64,000 bases of DNA from Octopus sinensis (lineage: Eukaryota), in assembly GCF_006345805.1 (NCBI RefSeq), contig NC_043007.1, forward strand, positions 50,344,001-50,408,000, given 5' to 3'. Shown here piece by piece: positions 38,782 through 53,202 of this stretch. Both the position numbers and the translations under genes were made by a program. Position 1 is the first letter of the stretch, and every line of letters begins with the position of its first letter. The notes beneath the pieces were generated by a model, which did not search any database, was not told the DNA's origin, and was given only the letters and a program-made list of their open reading frames with translations.

Positions 38782-39105
38782 ATATCCTCTGTCTCCCGCT
38801 ACATGATTCAACCAGGGCTTTACTCTCATTTGGCACAGCAGCTCTGGGCTGGAAGAAGCCTCGTGACAGGCCCCACATCAGACAGCTGGACGTGATTGGA
38901 AAGGATCTCTCGGGGCACGATGTCACCTTGAAAGACGAAGAGGGGCTGGCATGGTACCGCCTGCGATGGAGAGTATTAGTGGATCTGGTCGGCTCCACGC
39001 ATGATGACGTCTCTGAGATCTCTAACCTAGGAAGACCCCCAGCCCCATCAAGCAACAGCATGAAACAAGCAAGCAAACAAGCAAACAGGCAAGCAAGCAA
39101 GAGAA
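38782..39105 (+). mobile_element. 3' fragment of an RTE-like LINE with (CAAG)n tail
   Basis: WKKPRDRPHIRQLDVI.KDL...RLRWRVLV, resembling the RP.GRP..RW.D...D C-terminus of RTE ORFs; short tandem tail. Confidence 0.65.
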
Positions 39106-39597
39106 ATATTGGAGGTTGGTGTAACCAGCTAAATCTCTCCCCACAAATTTCTGATCTTGAGCCTATGTTAGAAAAAATTAGTACTATTGACCAACTTGAG
39201 AATCGGTGGAGAGCCGGTTAAGCGCTGAGTTCAAATCACACTCAGTTCAATTTTGCTTTCCCTCTTTCTGATGTCGATAAAATGAAATAACTGTCAAATA
39301 CCAGGATTTATATAATCGGCTAAACAAGCCCCTTCCTATGAATTACTGTCCTTCCTCTATATAAGAAACGTCCATCGCCATTATCCAACAACGACGCTAA
39401 GATTTGATTGTTCGTCGTATAAAATGTTGGCGTTTTCTTGTTCCAAATTCAAAATCTGTTAAGGTTAACATTATCATTTGTCTATCTAGGGTCGAGGAAT
39501 AAAATATTCATCAGTTATACATTGGGCTGTATTTTATATACAATTTTCTTCTTCTCGTTTATCTTCACCACACCTTTTTCTTCTCCTTGTCCTTCTC

Positions 39598-39665
39598 ATC
39601 TTCTTCTTCTTCTTCTTCTTCTTCTTCTTCTTCTTCTTCTTCTTCTTCTTCTTCTTCTTCTTCTT

Positions 39666-39725
<60 letters not shown>
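39598..39725. repeat. (CTT)n-(ACT)n compound microsatellite
   Basis: Direct reading. Confidence 0.95.
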
Positions 39726-39728
<3 letters not shown>

Positions 39729-40695
39729 TTTCTCTTCCTTCGCCCCTTCTCTTTCATATTCTCTATGACCTCATCATTCGTCGTCGTCGTCCTCCTCTTG
39801 TTGCTGTTGTTGTTGTTGTTCTTCTTCTTCTTCTTCTTCTTCACATCCTCCTCCCTTTCCCCTCTTACTCCAATAACATTTAGTGTTGAAACGTAAAATA
39901 AATCATTAAATGTGTTTAAGAAAGAAAAATTATAAGAAACTAATAAATATAAAATAACTAGTAAATTTCACAAAAACTGAAATATAATTTGGATTTGGCA
40001 AACTAAATTTAGTTCCAGTAGATTGTTGTTGTAGTGGTATATGTTGTTGCTGCTGACGTTGCTGCAGTTGTTTGATGTGGTTGTTATTGTTACTAATGTT
40101 GCTACTGCTGCAGTTGTTGTTGTAACTGTTGTTTTGGTTGATGCTGTTGTTGCTGTTATTGTTGTTGTCTCTTTTGGTTGTAAGTGTTACTATTGTTTGT
40201 TGCTGTTGCTGTTACTGCTGTCGTCATTGTTGTTATTGCTGTTGTTGATGTTGTTGTTCGTGTTGATGTCTTGTTGTTGTTGCTGTTTTTGTTGACGCCG
40301 TTGGCTTTAAGAAAGTTAAATTAAGTTTCATTTAATCTTTTCAAAAATTAAATGAAACAGTTGAGAAATTGACAAAAATAAACAACAAAAACAACAACAT
40401 CATCAACAGCAACGACATTCAAACCAACGCCAACATCCTCAACGAGAGCAATAGCAAAAACAACAACAACTACTACTGCATCAATATAAAGAACAAAATC
40501 AAAAACATCAGACGCAACACGATGAAAGTCTTATGACCGTTGCATTAGAAAATGTCTAGACATGAAGATATGTAGTTCAACAAATCTTCGAAAACATGAA
40601 ATGTATATGACTCACGCAGATTCAGTTATATGAGGTGTGTATGTACGTGTGTGTATGTATGTGTATGCATATATGTATACATATATATGTATGCA

Positions 40696-40732
<37 letters not shown>

Positions 40733-41178
40733 GCATTTATGTATATAAAAGAATATACATCCAAATATATATATACATGCGTGTATGTATGTGTGTGTGT
40801 ATACAAACATGGGTAGTGTAATGACAAGAAACATAACACAGAAAAAACAAAGTTTGACTAATAGGATCGTATTAGTTAATGCATCATTGGGATAATGTCT
40901 TAACGTTTTGGACATTCGTTCTTTCATCAGTAGAGTAGCATAAAAAGAAAGCGAAACAGGAATAGATAGCGAGTATATTATTGGGAACATGAGGGTTAGT
41001 CACCAAAGACGAAAGGGAATGCTGTTCTGTGCGTGGGGCGGATTAGTGAAGATGGAAACATGCATAACTGTACACACACAGATATATGTATATATGTAAA
41101 TATATATATGAATATATGTATACGTGTATGTATATACATAAATACACATGCATGCGTATATATATGCATATGTGTGTG

Positions 41179-41217
<39 letters not shown>

Positions 41218-41579
41218 ACGTATAAACATACTCGCACACATATATACATAAAGCAGTTGAATGTAGTTCATTTAAGCAAGATATTTTATCACTGAGAGTG
41301 CACAGCGTAGCAACAGTAGTCAATCCTATAACTCGACGTGTAAATGAATTACCTTATCGGGAAGAATGATTTTCAGCAATAACACTAAGAGAAATTAGGG
41401 GTATATTTACCCGAAGTTACTATAAAAAGGATCTAGAAATTTAGACCACAAATCACTTCTTCAGTTGCTGCTGAACTAAAGAGTTACTATATATGCATAT
41501 ATATGTATCTGTGTGTGTGCTTGTGTGTGCACGACCGTGTATATATACCTAGATATATATATCAATATATATATTTTCT

Positions 41580-41780
41580 ACTTTTATTCTTTTACTTGTT
41601 TCAGTTATTTAACTTTGGTCACGCTGGAGTACCGCCTTTAGTCGAACAAATCGGCTTATTCTTTGTAAGTCTACTACAGATGCTACCGAACTCTTTTGCG
41701 TAACTTCTAAGTTGCGAAGACGTAGACGCACCAACATCGGTTGTCAAGCGATGGGGCGGAGACAAATGCAGACACACAAA

Positions 41781-41835
<55 letters not shown>

Positions 41836-41862
41836 CACACACACACACACACCACACACACA

Positions 41863-41956
<94 letters not shown>

Positions 41957-42116
41957 ACGGGTTTCATTCAGTTTCCGGCAACCAAATTCACTCACAAGGC
42001 TTAGGTCGGCCCGAGACTGACTATTTCACTGAATCTTGCTTAAGATGCCGCGTAGCGGGACTGAACCCGGAAGGATGTGGTTGGGAAGCAAGCTTTTTTA
42101 CCACATAGCCACCCCT

Positions 42117-42120
<4 letters not shown>
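41580..42120 (-). mobile_element. SINE family A with expanded internal (CA)n/(TA)n
   Basis: Head GCGCAGGGGTGGCTATGTGGTAA, body and tail homologous to 22671. Confidence 0.88.
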
Positions 42121-42207
<87 letters not shown>

Positions 42208-42225
42208 TATATATAGATATATATA

Positions 42226-42287
<62 letters not shown>

Positions 42288-42563
42288 CATTTAAAGTGAG
42301 GTTCAATCATGCTTGCTTGCTTGCTTGCAATGTTTCGCAGCCAAACTGGCGCATAATGGGAAAATACTCCGAAAATAACCTAACCTTGAAAGGGAAGAAG
42401 CCTTAACCTTTCCATTAGACACATTATAATGGGCAAAATATTTTAAAGTGAAAATTACTTAAAAAATACGGTAAATATTTCGTAAAAGACCGCTTCGTAA
42501 CCTCGGTGTGAAATAGTTTTTCCATATATTTCTTTCCAGTGCATTCAACGTATCTCACCTCCA

Positions 42564-42690
42564 AAGATTTGGCTGCTATTTCTAGCAGACCCTGCCACCA
42601 CGTAACAACTATTTGCGATAAAAGATCGGAGATACTCGTTACGTGGTAGCAGGTCGTGCAAGAAGTAGCAGCCAAATCTTTCCTATTCTG
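42564..42690. repeat. Imperfect hairpin with ~45-bp arms (MITE-like)
   Basis: AAAGATTTGGCTGCTATTTCTAGCAGACCCTGCCACCACGTAAC vs GTTACGTGGTAGCAGGTCGTGCAAGAAGTAGCAGCCAAATCTTT. Confidence 0.75.
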
Positions 42691-42854
42691 GAGTAAGGAG
42701 CCGTTTACGCGTGATTTCGATGTCACATTCGTTGAAAGCATGCGAATTAACATGGAAAAAAAAACACGAAACAAAACTCCGTTGCTGGGAAACTCAGACT
42801 TCCCCCCTGACTCACGTGTAGTCAATTCTAGTATATATATATACATATATACAT

Positions 42855-42906
<52 letters not shown>

Positions 42907-42915
42907 TATATATAT

Positions 42916-42968
<53 letters not shown>

Positions 42969-43204
42969 ATCATACAAAATAAAACAGGAGAGATATTTAT
43001 TCATACCATCTTATGTATATTTCATTAACATAAGATGATTATTTGTTACATTATGCAGATCATATATTTAATACTTATGTCAAATCGTCATCACACCTAC
43101 AATTACTGGTTTGAAAAACTGACCTGAGGTTGGCATCGACAGTCGCTAGCCATCTCTGAGAGTTTGACGTAAGTTTTGATCATATAATTTGCATTATGCA
43201 ACTT

Positions 43205-43450
43205 ATAAATTCCTTCCCGGGTCACAGATTCATAAGGCCGGTTTCCCGGAGTTTGTGGCGTATATGTTCCCCACTTTAGACGCGACGCCGGTCCGACCAG
43301 AATTTTTCATTTTTGTCACCTGAGTGAACGGGAGCAACGTGAAATTAAGTGCTTTGTTAAAGAACACACCGCATTCCCAGATCTAGGGATCGAAGCCAGC
43401 ATCTAACAACCTAGTGTGGAGCCCCATATCCACTAAACCATGTACCTCCA
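43205..43450 (-). mobile_element. Degenerate tRNA-derived SINE, third family
   Basis: Minus strand GTGGAGGTACATGGTTTAGTGG...GGCTTCGATCCC...AAAGCACTTAATTTCACGTTGCTCC. Confidence 0.6.
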
Positions 43451-43489
43451 CATATATATACTAAGTGCAGGCTAGAAAGTTTAATCTAT

Positions 43490-44335
43490 TTTCATGAGAG
43501 GCAGTTATAACAGTTCTAAATTACTGTAATTTGAGTTTATCATGGCTATACATCTACTACGCAGAATTGCCAACTCTTGTTAGCTCAGATTGAAGGGGAC
43601 GACTGTAACAGCACTTTGAACACATATTACTAAACACAGCTTGTCAAAGCTGACTAATTTTCGGAATGTATTTGGGAGGTTTGGAAGCTGTCTGTGCAAA
43701 GCATTTTGCGTTAAACTTAGCAAAAACGATACAAATACTTATGAAATGCTTCAAGCAACTTACAGATTGACTATTTCACTGATACAAGCGGTTTAAGTTA
43801 GAGAGAAGGTGAGAGACGATTAGACGTGTAGGAGAGAGAGGGATATCAAGACATTAGATCTGGTTGAGATAATTCGCATTTTTTTAATGAAGACCGTCAA
43901 GTGTTTGTAAATAAAGTAAGTGCAGTTTGGAGTTGATGTGGCAATGTACACAGAATTATTCAAGATCTGAACACATCCAAAATTTGTGCAAAACTTGTAA
44001 TCAAGGTGCTCATTGATGAGCATTCTTGTAATCAACTACTTGATAGAAATGAGCATCAAAACTCTCCTTCACTCTCCTTATAATCCAGATCTTGCTCCTC
44101 TGACTTTTGGTTGTACCCCAAGCTGAAGGAAAAATTCAGAGGCAGTCGTTTTGAAAATGAAAGAAGCTGTGACAAGGGTCTTGGTCACCTTTACTTTGGA
44201 AGAATTCCATAAGACACTCACAAAGAGTTTTGAGCACTACAACAAGGGCACTGAAGTCAGAGGGTTCTAGTTGTACTTTTCTGAAATTAATGTCTCACCT
44301 GAAAAAGTCTAAAAACTTCTAAAATATATCTTGTA
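43490..44335 (+). mobile_element. Internally deleted mariner relic
   Basis: FCVKLSK..TYEML, KICAKLV.KVL, HSPYNPDLAPSDF..YPKLKE.FRG. Confidence 0.7.
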
Positions 44336-44419
44336 CATATATACATACATACATACATACATACATGCTGTTCCTAACATTTGGGATACGAGTAGGCAGT
44401 GAGCTCCTCGAGAAACACT

Positions 44420-45380
44420 CCCTACCTGATGATCTATACAAAATAGTTGGGCTCTCTTACTTCAGAGAAGACCTGGATGGAAAACACTCAGCATACAAAA
44501 AAAAAAAAGGCTATGCATGGATATGTTGCCAGAAAGCATGAAGAAGATAGTAGAATGGACACGAATCGCAGCCTCTCTTGGACACAAGGCCATTACATCA
44601 TGCCACACTTCGAAGGTTATGTGTTTGCAATCCAGGAACAGGAGTTTGCCACAAAGTACCTGGTGAACAAGAGAGACAGTGACGCTGTTGTAATCCCAAG
44701 GTGCAACCGCATGTGTAGACTGTGTCATGTTTCTGTGGAAGGCATCTTGGATGTGAATAGCAGCTGTCCTAAAATGTCGTCACGGTACTACCTTCCTATG
44801 TTGCACAATTTACAATGCCATCCACAAAAAAGACTATCCTGAAATAAACTTAGAAAATTCCTCTGTTGTGGAATACATTCACAAACACCAACTCAAGGAA
44901 TACTGGTGGAATATTCCCATCAAAACTTCTGTCAAATGTAAGTATAACAGGCCGGATATTGTTTGGAACAGAGGGGTAAAGGTATGTGTCATCACAGAGG
45001 TAAGCTACCCTGCAGATATAAATATCTCTTTGAAAGTCAAAGAAAGCGAGGATATGTATGGACAACTGCTTGTAAACCTCCAGCTTCTATATCCAGACTA
45101 TGTATTCATATTCATACCAATAATAATTGGAGCACTAGGTTTTGATAGTAAATGTTTAAAGGGGAGTATGGATAAATTGGGATTTTCAGAGAGAGAAATC
45201 GACCGGCTAATTCGTACATTGGAAGTGCAATATGTGAGTGGAACAGCAAAGTTATTCAAGACTCTTCTCAAGTTCCAAATATGAATTTGTCTGTGTTAAC
45301 TACATCCAAAAAAGAAGCCTTGTATCTTTGATGGAAACTGGCTACATCCTTAGTCGAAGATTTATAATGATCAAAAAATA
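44420..45380 (+). mobile_element. 3' part of another RLE-type (R4-like) LINE, degenerate
   Basis: EGYVFAIQEQ, CRLC....H..SSC, NRPDIV, EVSYP, IPIIIGALG. Confidence 0.85.
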
Positions 45381-45434
45381 GAAGTTACATACATCCATAC
45401 ATACATACATTCATACATACATGCATGCATTCTT

Positions 45435-45466
<32 letters not shown>

Positions 45467-46709
45467 GGTAAGAATTTACAAAAAACAAAATACGAAGATG
45501 GGTGTGTAAACAACAAACAGATGTATTAGTTTTACGCTCGGGAAGTGAGAAAGTCTTTTACGTTTCGAGTCTACGCTCTTTGACAGAAATGAACACAGAA
45601 ATAAACAGGAAGAGAAATAGAAAACGATTTAGTGGCTAGCGATGTATCATGACGTATATATATGGCTGTGTGCGCATTGTGTCTATATACATTCAAATCT
45701 ACTTATATACATGCATATATGTGCGTGAGTCTGCATGCATATATGTTGGTACTAAAGTATATAATGTAGTAAATTTTAATGTAATATAATGTAGAAATTT
45801 TAATTATAATTATTCCCGAAAATGCACATATATATGCGTACGTTCATGCTTACAATTATCCATAAAATCACACATCCATATATATATGCGTACATATCTG
45901 CACGCACACATACACATTCATTGAACCAACCAATCATACATACAACCATACTTGCAAAAATACACACACATAAACATGCATACATATATACTGACATGCA
46001 AACATACACACGCATGCACACATCCTCGCGTATATTTATAGTATGCATACCTACACGCACATTCTATAAAAACAGCTGTAATTAACATAATTCCCTAATG
46101 TCTTAAAACACGAAATTTACATATATCTGCATTAACTAATCTGGTGGGAGGCTGAAGTTTTTGTATATTTTCTCGTTTTATTTTTTATATTTTTTATCAT
46201 CTTAATTTTGATTCCTTTTAAATCCAGTCAGTTAATATTAATATATTCGTGCTTATTAATGTTAACATTGCACAGGCCAATTTTTAATATCTATAATTCT
46301 ATAATTCTACACATTCTTGTGGGCCTGTCTATTTTTGCCCGTGTGTTACGCGTACGCCAAGGGAGGTAATAACTCGAGTGGAGAAATATATAGAGAGAAA
46401 GAAGAGGGAGAAGAGGAGACAAAGAGAGGAGAGGAAATAGTGAAGTTAGTAAAGTAATAGAAAGACAAAAAGCGAGAGAGAAAATGTTTAATACAATGAA
46501 ACAATGTCGTGAGGTTCTCTAAGTTTTTATACTAAAAGATATATCGATATATTGTTAATCAAAGCTTAATAACCTTATTAAACAAATATCTATGGATGTT
46601 ACACTTTTATCTTTTATGTGTTCGAGATCAACATCTGTGGTCATGTTAGGTTTAAATGCTTATTGGTATGCCGAGAGTAGACAAATACATCGGAAGAAGA
46701 TAGCTAATT

Positions 46710-46716
46710 AGATAGG

Positions 46717-46774
<58 letters not shown>

Positions 46775-46833
46775 TAGATAGATAGATAGACAGATACCTA
46801 GATAGATAGACAGATACCTAGATAGATAGACAG

Positions 46834-46907
<74 letters not shown>

Positions 46908-46913
46908 CAGACT

Positions 46914-46945
<32 letters not shown>

Positions 46946-46966
46946 TAGATAGATAGATAGATAGAT

Positions 46967-47001
<35 letters not shown>

Positions 47002-47005
47002 CGTA
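46710..47005. repeat. (GATA)n/(TA)n/(GA)n compound microsatellite
   Basis: Direct reading. Confidence 0.9.
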
Positions 47006-48272
47006 GGTAAGTTTACAGATATATCAATAGATATGTAGAAAGAGAGCTATATTAATAGATATGCAAATAAATAGGTAGCTGAAAAGAAATGAAATGAAAA
47101 GAAATGAAAATAATCTCAATTGGTAAATTATTTGGACTGAGTCTTTATGGTGGTTGGACTGCGAAAAGTGGAGTCCTTTCTTTCATATATATGAAGATGT
47201 TTTATCTTCTTAATTCACCTTTTATCTCCTTAAACTATGAAACACATCATATTTGTCTGTAAAACATATCAAAAGCTAAACAGACAATGATGTCTAAGTT
47301 CATTTCGATTATATTTAAAAATACAGTTTTGACTGAATGACAGGATGTAAAAAAAAAAAACAGAAAAAAAACTCTTTGCTTCTGTTAATATGTTAACATA
47401 CTGTTTTCAGATATGGTGGTTTACATCGTGGAATTTCCACGGGTTCAGCTACCTAATATGCTTTTATGATTAGCGTATGTGAGTCCTGACCAAGTAATCT
47501 TATTAAAATAATGTAGTCATGATCATCACGTCTTCTTTTAACCATTAGAATCCCCTTGTCAATTGATTCCTTCTTTCTTAAGACAGTAGGTTGTCGCTTG
47601 GTGTAGATTTGCCTCTTATTTGTAGCAATAATGTAACACACTTTTACTTAGGTTATTGTTATAATATTTCCTTTTTCATTATAACATATGTCATAAAAGG
47701 CCGTGTCTTTATCTTTGGTAGAAATCCCAGGCCCTAGGATAGTAGATGAGTTATGAAGCTGATATTCTGTTGGTCAATGTGTACAATGTACCGTGGTCAG
47801 GGTGAAAATTACCGATAGCTGAAGTTGTTGAGATAGACATTTGGTGAAGTACTCAACGGAATGTGAAACACAGTAAGGGTCAGGGGAAGATTAAGGGAGG
47901 AGGGTATATCATGTGACAGTATCTGAAATGAATGTAGCTGAACATACACTTGCAGAAGACACGAACAAGCCGAAGGTATACCACTGAGATGACGTGCAGT
48001 AGAATTTAACTCGTGACAAAGCAAAATTTTTATCCACAAAATCATGCCAGACAATATGGAGTTCCCCTATAAGTTTTAGATCCTTATGCTATCCGGATTT
48101 GAACTTAGAACATATATTTATCATGTAAATGTTAAGACTGTGATATGCATCAGAAAATATAGTGAAATTTTGTGTGGGAATTGAATATTCTAATATGGTA
48201 TTCTACCAAAATATATGTATATTTGTAAAAAAAGATATATTCATCTCTGTGTGTGTGTGTATATATACATAT

Positions 48273-48315
<43 letters not shown>

Positions 48316-49598
48316 TATATAATATATATATATAACAATGAACGACACTCTGAAGACGTGCAGGAAATGCAAATAGAACTATATTATGAGACACCCAAAA
48401 TTCATGAGAGAAATGTTGAGCAATATTCTCAGAAGGGATCTTCAAAAATGATATCCATAAAATTCTATTTGAAACTGAATTTTGTAGAATCATATTGCCT
48501 CCTCCTGAAAGCACGAATACAGTTTGTACTTCTGTATTTAGTTTAAAAGTGGATATGAAGAAAGACTTTTATTGTGTGTCTAGAACATGGTCACCTATTT
48601 TATTATCTCTTGTTAAATCTAGCGATACAGTGAAGAAAATAATAGCGAACTAATTTTAATTAATAGCCAATATAATTTCATCCTAAACACTGCAGTGTGT
48701 GTTTCAAACATAAACATATTATCTCAAGTGAAATTATTTAAACCAAACAAAAACTTTAAACCTTATTCTTGTATTTCTCTCTAAATAGGTTAGAAATCTG
48801 TCGTCCACATCTTAATCACTCAATGAGGTTTTTATCGCGAAATAAGGAAAAAATGTATGACTAATTCTTTCAATGATTTGGAGAGGTAACAGAAGAGTTT
48901 AAAAGTTTCACTTGTAATTATTAGAATACTCTAAGTCAACATGGTGGTTCTGTGATAATCTGGTAGATTTGCTAAGTTAAAGTGTCAAGTTTCACCTCTG
49001 TCAGTAAGTCCACACCTTATCGACAACGTGACGGGAGTGACCAAATAGGACTATAAGGAACCATAAACCTGTCAGTAAATGTATAAACTCTTACAGAGAA
49101 GCTTTATCTCTGTAATCACACCCTACTGTTTTAAAAGAGAAGAATTCATTGGATTAAGTGGCTCGGTAAGGACATGATGGAAATAGCAGACAAATTTGCT
49201 GTAAATCACATACCCTAGCGTGCACATTGTATAATGTAATTCTAGACAGATAACCTCTGACAAAACGGAAAAGCACGATGGTCAAGACTAGGATTTTGAT
49301 CGTAGGTTTATTCAACTGAAGCTCACTTAGAGCTGGACTAAAACAACAACAATAAGAGCAACAACAACACTATATTATCTAATATAGAGACATGGTCGCG
49401 CCTCTTGGAAATAGCAGCCAAAACGTCGCACACTCAAAGCGACAAAAATATTTTGACAAACTAAATTTAAATGTTGAAGTGAATCTAACGGATTTTGTGT
49501 GTTTCTTAAATGGTTTATAAACACCTTCCATGCTGCAGTTGTTTTCGTTCCAGCACACGATGTCAGATCAGATCACTTGCTATGCAAGTACATCTCCG

Positions 49599-49651
<53 letters not shown>

Positions 49652-49654
49652 TGT

Positions 49655-50080
49655 GTGTCTGTGTGTGGCAGGTTTGGTAGCTTTCAACTAACACTATCTC
49701 CTCCGAGACCCTGCAGCGCAAGTTGTCCAAACTTGAGAGTATGATAGAAGAAGGCTTGCGCTTCATTCCGTAGAAGAAGAAATTCAAATCGGACGATGTT
49801 AAGACCAAAACATATTTAGTTCAAAAAGGTGCTATTTTTCTATGAAAATCCCTATTTTTTACGATTTTTTACTGCTGTGTCGCCATTTTTCGGTGTATTT
49901 CAACCAGAAAAATGTTCACTTAAAAAGAATAACAAGTTACATAATGCAAAATTTTTACTTTTCAAAAAAGATTGAAACTATGTGGAAACTTTGTTAACGC
50001 AACATCAAAGCCTGCCGTTTTAAGCGCAACTAAAAAAGTAACAAAAAACAAAACCGAGCAACGCCGAGCTATACTGCTAG
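49655..50080 (+). mobile_element. Non-autonomous Helitron-like element
   Basis: 3' end CCGAGCAACGCCGAGC-TATACTG-CTAG|T (GC-rich subterminal motif then CTAG before T); 5' end uncertain. Confidence 0.55.
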
Positions 50081-50113
50081 TATATATACCGTTTTTACCT
50101 ATATATACATATG

Positions 50114-50179
<66 letters not shown>

Positions 50180-50237
50180 CGTTATATATACATATGTATA
50201 TATATATACATACACGTATATACATATATATATACAC

Positions 50238-50268
<31 letters not shown>

Positions 50269-50322
50269 CATACATATATATATAAATATACATACACACA
50301 TACATATGTATATATATATATA

Positions 50323-50710
50323 GGCGCAGGAATGACTGTGTGGTAAGTAGCTTGCTAACCAACCACATGGTTTCGGGTTCAGTCCCACTGCGTGGCATCT
50401 TGGGCAAGTGTCTGCTATAGCCCCATTGTCTTGTGAGTGGATTTGGTAGACGGAAACAGAAAGAAGCCTGTCGTATATATGTATATATATATGTATGTAT
50501 GTGTGTTTGTGTGTCTGTGTTTGTCCCCCTAGCATTGCTTGACAACCGATGCTGGTGTGTTTACGTCCCTGTCATTTAGCGGTTCGGCAAAAGAGACCAA
50601 TAGAATATGTACTGGGCTTACAAAGAATAAGTCCCGGAGTCGATTTGCTCGACTAAAGGCGGTGCTCCAGCATGGCCGCAGTCAAATGACTGAAACACGT
50701 AAAAGAGTAA
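50323..50710 (+). mobile_element. SINE family A, full length
   Basis: GGCGCAGGAATGACTGTGTGGTAAG...GGGTTCAGTCCC. Confidence 0.92.
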
Positions 50711-51554
50711 TAGGTTTCAAATTTTGGCACAAATTTAGCAATTTCGGGAGATAGGAGTGAATCCATTACACTGACCCCCGCGTTCAACTGGTACTTACTT
50801 TATCGATCCTGAAATGAGAAAAGCCACAATTGACCTCGGCAGAATTTGAAGACGGAACGTGAAGACAGACGAAAAGCCACCACCTCACATACACATATTT
50901 ATATGTGTGTATGTGTGAATGGATGTACATATAAGATATAAGATGTATAACCATTTACGCAATCAACGACTTGTACATCTTATAGTTTATCCTTATTTTC
51001 ATTAGCCAGAACGATGCATTGCCTATTGTCAGCTCTTGCGGGGATCGATTACGTCTCCCATGATTATGACGTTGGATTTTAGGAATTCCATCTGCTCTGG
51101 GCACTAATCTGGTCCATGTTGATTCTACGCCTTTTGTCGCATTCTGATGCCTTGTATGTGTATAAACGCCCTTACTCGCACACGTACGCATGCATGCCCT
51201 CCCCCAAACACACACAACCTCCTCCACACACACACAAATACCCCCCACATACACACATTTTTTGCCTATATTAGTAATAAGAAATGACGTATTTTGCCAA
51301 TTGCCTTAGTCTCTGGCACACCAACGAAAAGAAAATTCACAAAACACACACGTAAAAGAAAGTAACAAAGCAACAAAAAAGTAGCAGCCAAATCTCATCA
51401 CTCACTCACCGGCCTGTAACATTTTAAATTGCAAATTAAACCGTTTAATGTATTACGTATGCCGTCGTGCATCTGTGAATACGTCACCGCTTTGAAGCTG
51501 TTCTTCCTGCACAAATTCTTCCACTGCTAACATAGTTTGGTCTCACCCAATGTC

Positions 51555-51637
<83 letters not shown>

Positions 51638-51979
51638 CGTAAGTGTGTGAGCGTGAACGTGTGTGTATGTGTGCGTGTGTATCGATATATAAGTAAGATA
51701 CATAAATAATGGCCCTTATACATTTACTTGTGCATCATAGATTTATAGCGCTTTGAGAAATGCATTTTGGATAGGAGGAATGAAAGATAGAAGGAAAAGA
51801 TAAAAAGAAAAGAAAATGGAAACAGGAGAGCGGGGAATTTGATCAAGTTGGCTACTTAATTCTAGCTATCAGCCTTAAGATATTGTTGTCGGTTGCAATG
51901 GTTGTATATGTGTGTATGTGTGTGTGAGAGAGAGAGAAAGAGGGAGAAAGAGAGAGAAAAGAAGTGTGTGTATTTTTTT

Positions 51980-52198
51980 GGTCTTTTATTATTTTACTTG
52001 TGTTAGTCATTTGACTGCGGCCATGCTAGAGTACCCCCTTTTAGTCGAAGAAATCGACCCCAGGATTTATTCTTTGTAAGTCTGGTACATCTCTATGTCT
52101 CTTTTGCCGAACTGCTAGTTGCAGGAACCTAAACACACCAACATCGGTTGTCAAATGATGATAGTGGTGGTATTGGGTACAAACATAAACACAAAGAC
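51980..52198 (-). mobile_element. SINE family A, 3' half
   Basis: AGTCATTTGACTGCGGCCATGCT...CAACATCGGTTGTCAA. Confidence 0.8.
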
Positions 52199-52435
52199 TA
52201 ACACTTTAGTATATATATATATATATAAAATAAATATAAGAGAGTGGTCACTATATGGCTCACTCTAGCACCAGTTAATCCAAAAGGTTTCAACCACAAA
52301 AATACATGTTTCCCATGAAAGTCAGTACGATTGTTAGCTCACACGGACAGGGCAAATAAAAAATAACAAAAATTATATATATATATATGTGTGTGTGTGG
52401 TGTGTGTGTGTGTGTGTGTGTTGTGTGTGTGTATA

Positions 52436-53202
52436 TCTTAAAATTGCAATTAAGGGTATCTAAAAGATACCAACATGCTAGAAATAGCAGTCAAAATTTG
52501 ACTCTAAAACTACATCATGTATTCATAGAGCACCAGGAGGAAAAATAAATAGACAAATAAAGTAGCAAAAAATTATTGGGTAATCCCAGATCCGGATTTC
52601 TGGCTCTCTATAAAAAAATATACTCTGCCTCATCAGTGGGATATACATAATTACAAATATAAATATACAACATATGAATACTTACATATACGCACGTATA
52701 CATACATATATATGTACGTATGGACACGACCGGTTTAATTGCCCGTCTAAATTCTACGTGCGATATGGTCAAAATACCACCGCAGTGAATATAATGACGA
52801 AGTCAATATATAAATTTTTACAAATAAGGATAAGATCGTAATTTAGAATACTGATCATAGCAAGTGACCAGCATGGGAATAAAGACCTAATAGGTATTAA
52901 CTACTATTAAAATTATAATCAAGGATATCTAAAAGATACCACCATGCTGGACTCTAAAACCAGAAATCCAGATCTGGGATTATCCGATAATTTTTTGCGA
53001 ATTTATTAGTCTATTTGTCTTTTCTCCTGGTGCTGTATGAATGCATGATGTGGTTTAGAGTCAAGTTTTGACAGCTATCTTTAGCATGATGGTATCTTTT
53101 AGATACCCTTAATTGTAATTTTAATGATAGTCAATACCTATAAGGTTTTTATTCCCATGCTGTCCACTTGATATGATCGGTATTTTAAATAACGATCATA
53201 TC

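Noticed and set aside
38661-39221. 186-aa ORF as a host gene
   Set aside because: Chimera of a SINE B remnant, an RTE 3' end, a (CAAG)n tail and another SINE piece
39438-40295. Poly-Leu, poly-Ser/Thr, poly-Arg and Val/Leu-rich ORFs
   Set aside because: Trinucleotide repeats lacking stop codons
42018-42032. 15-bp match TGACTATTTCACTGA to the mariner relic at 43768-43782 as a second templated patch
   Set aside because: A 15-mer match is expected by chance among all position pairs in 64 kb of AT-rich DNA
42800-42835. Helitron 3' end (GACTCACGTGTAGTC-AATT-CTAG|T)
   Set aside because: Weak hairpin, unlike the end at 50080, and no supportable 5' end
50955-51254. 99-aa minus-strand ORF / possible exon
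   Set aside because: Begins in a GT-rich repeat; no recognisable motif or polypyrimidine acceptor
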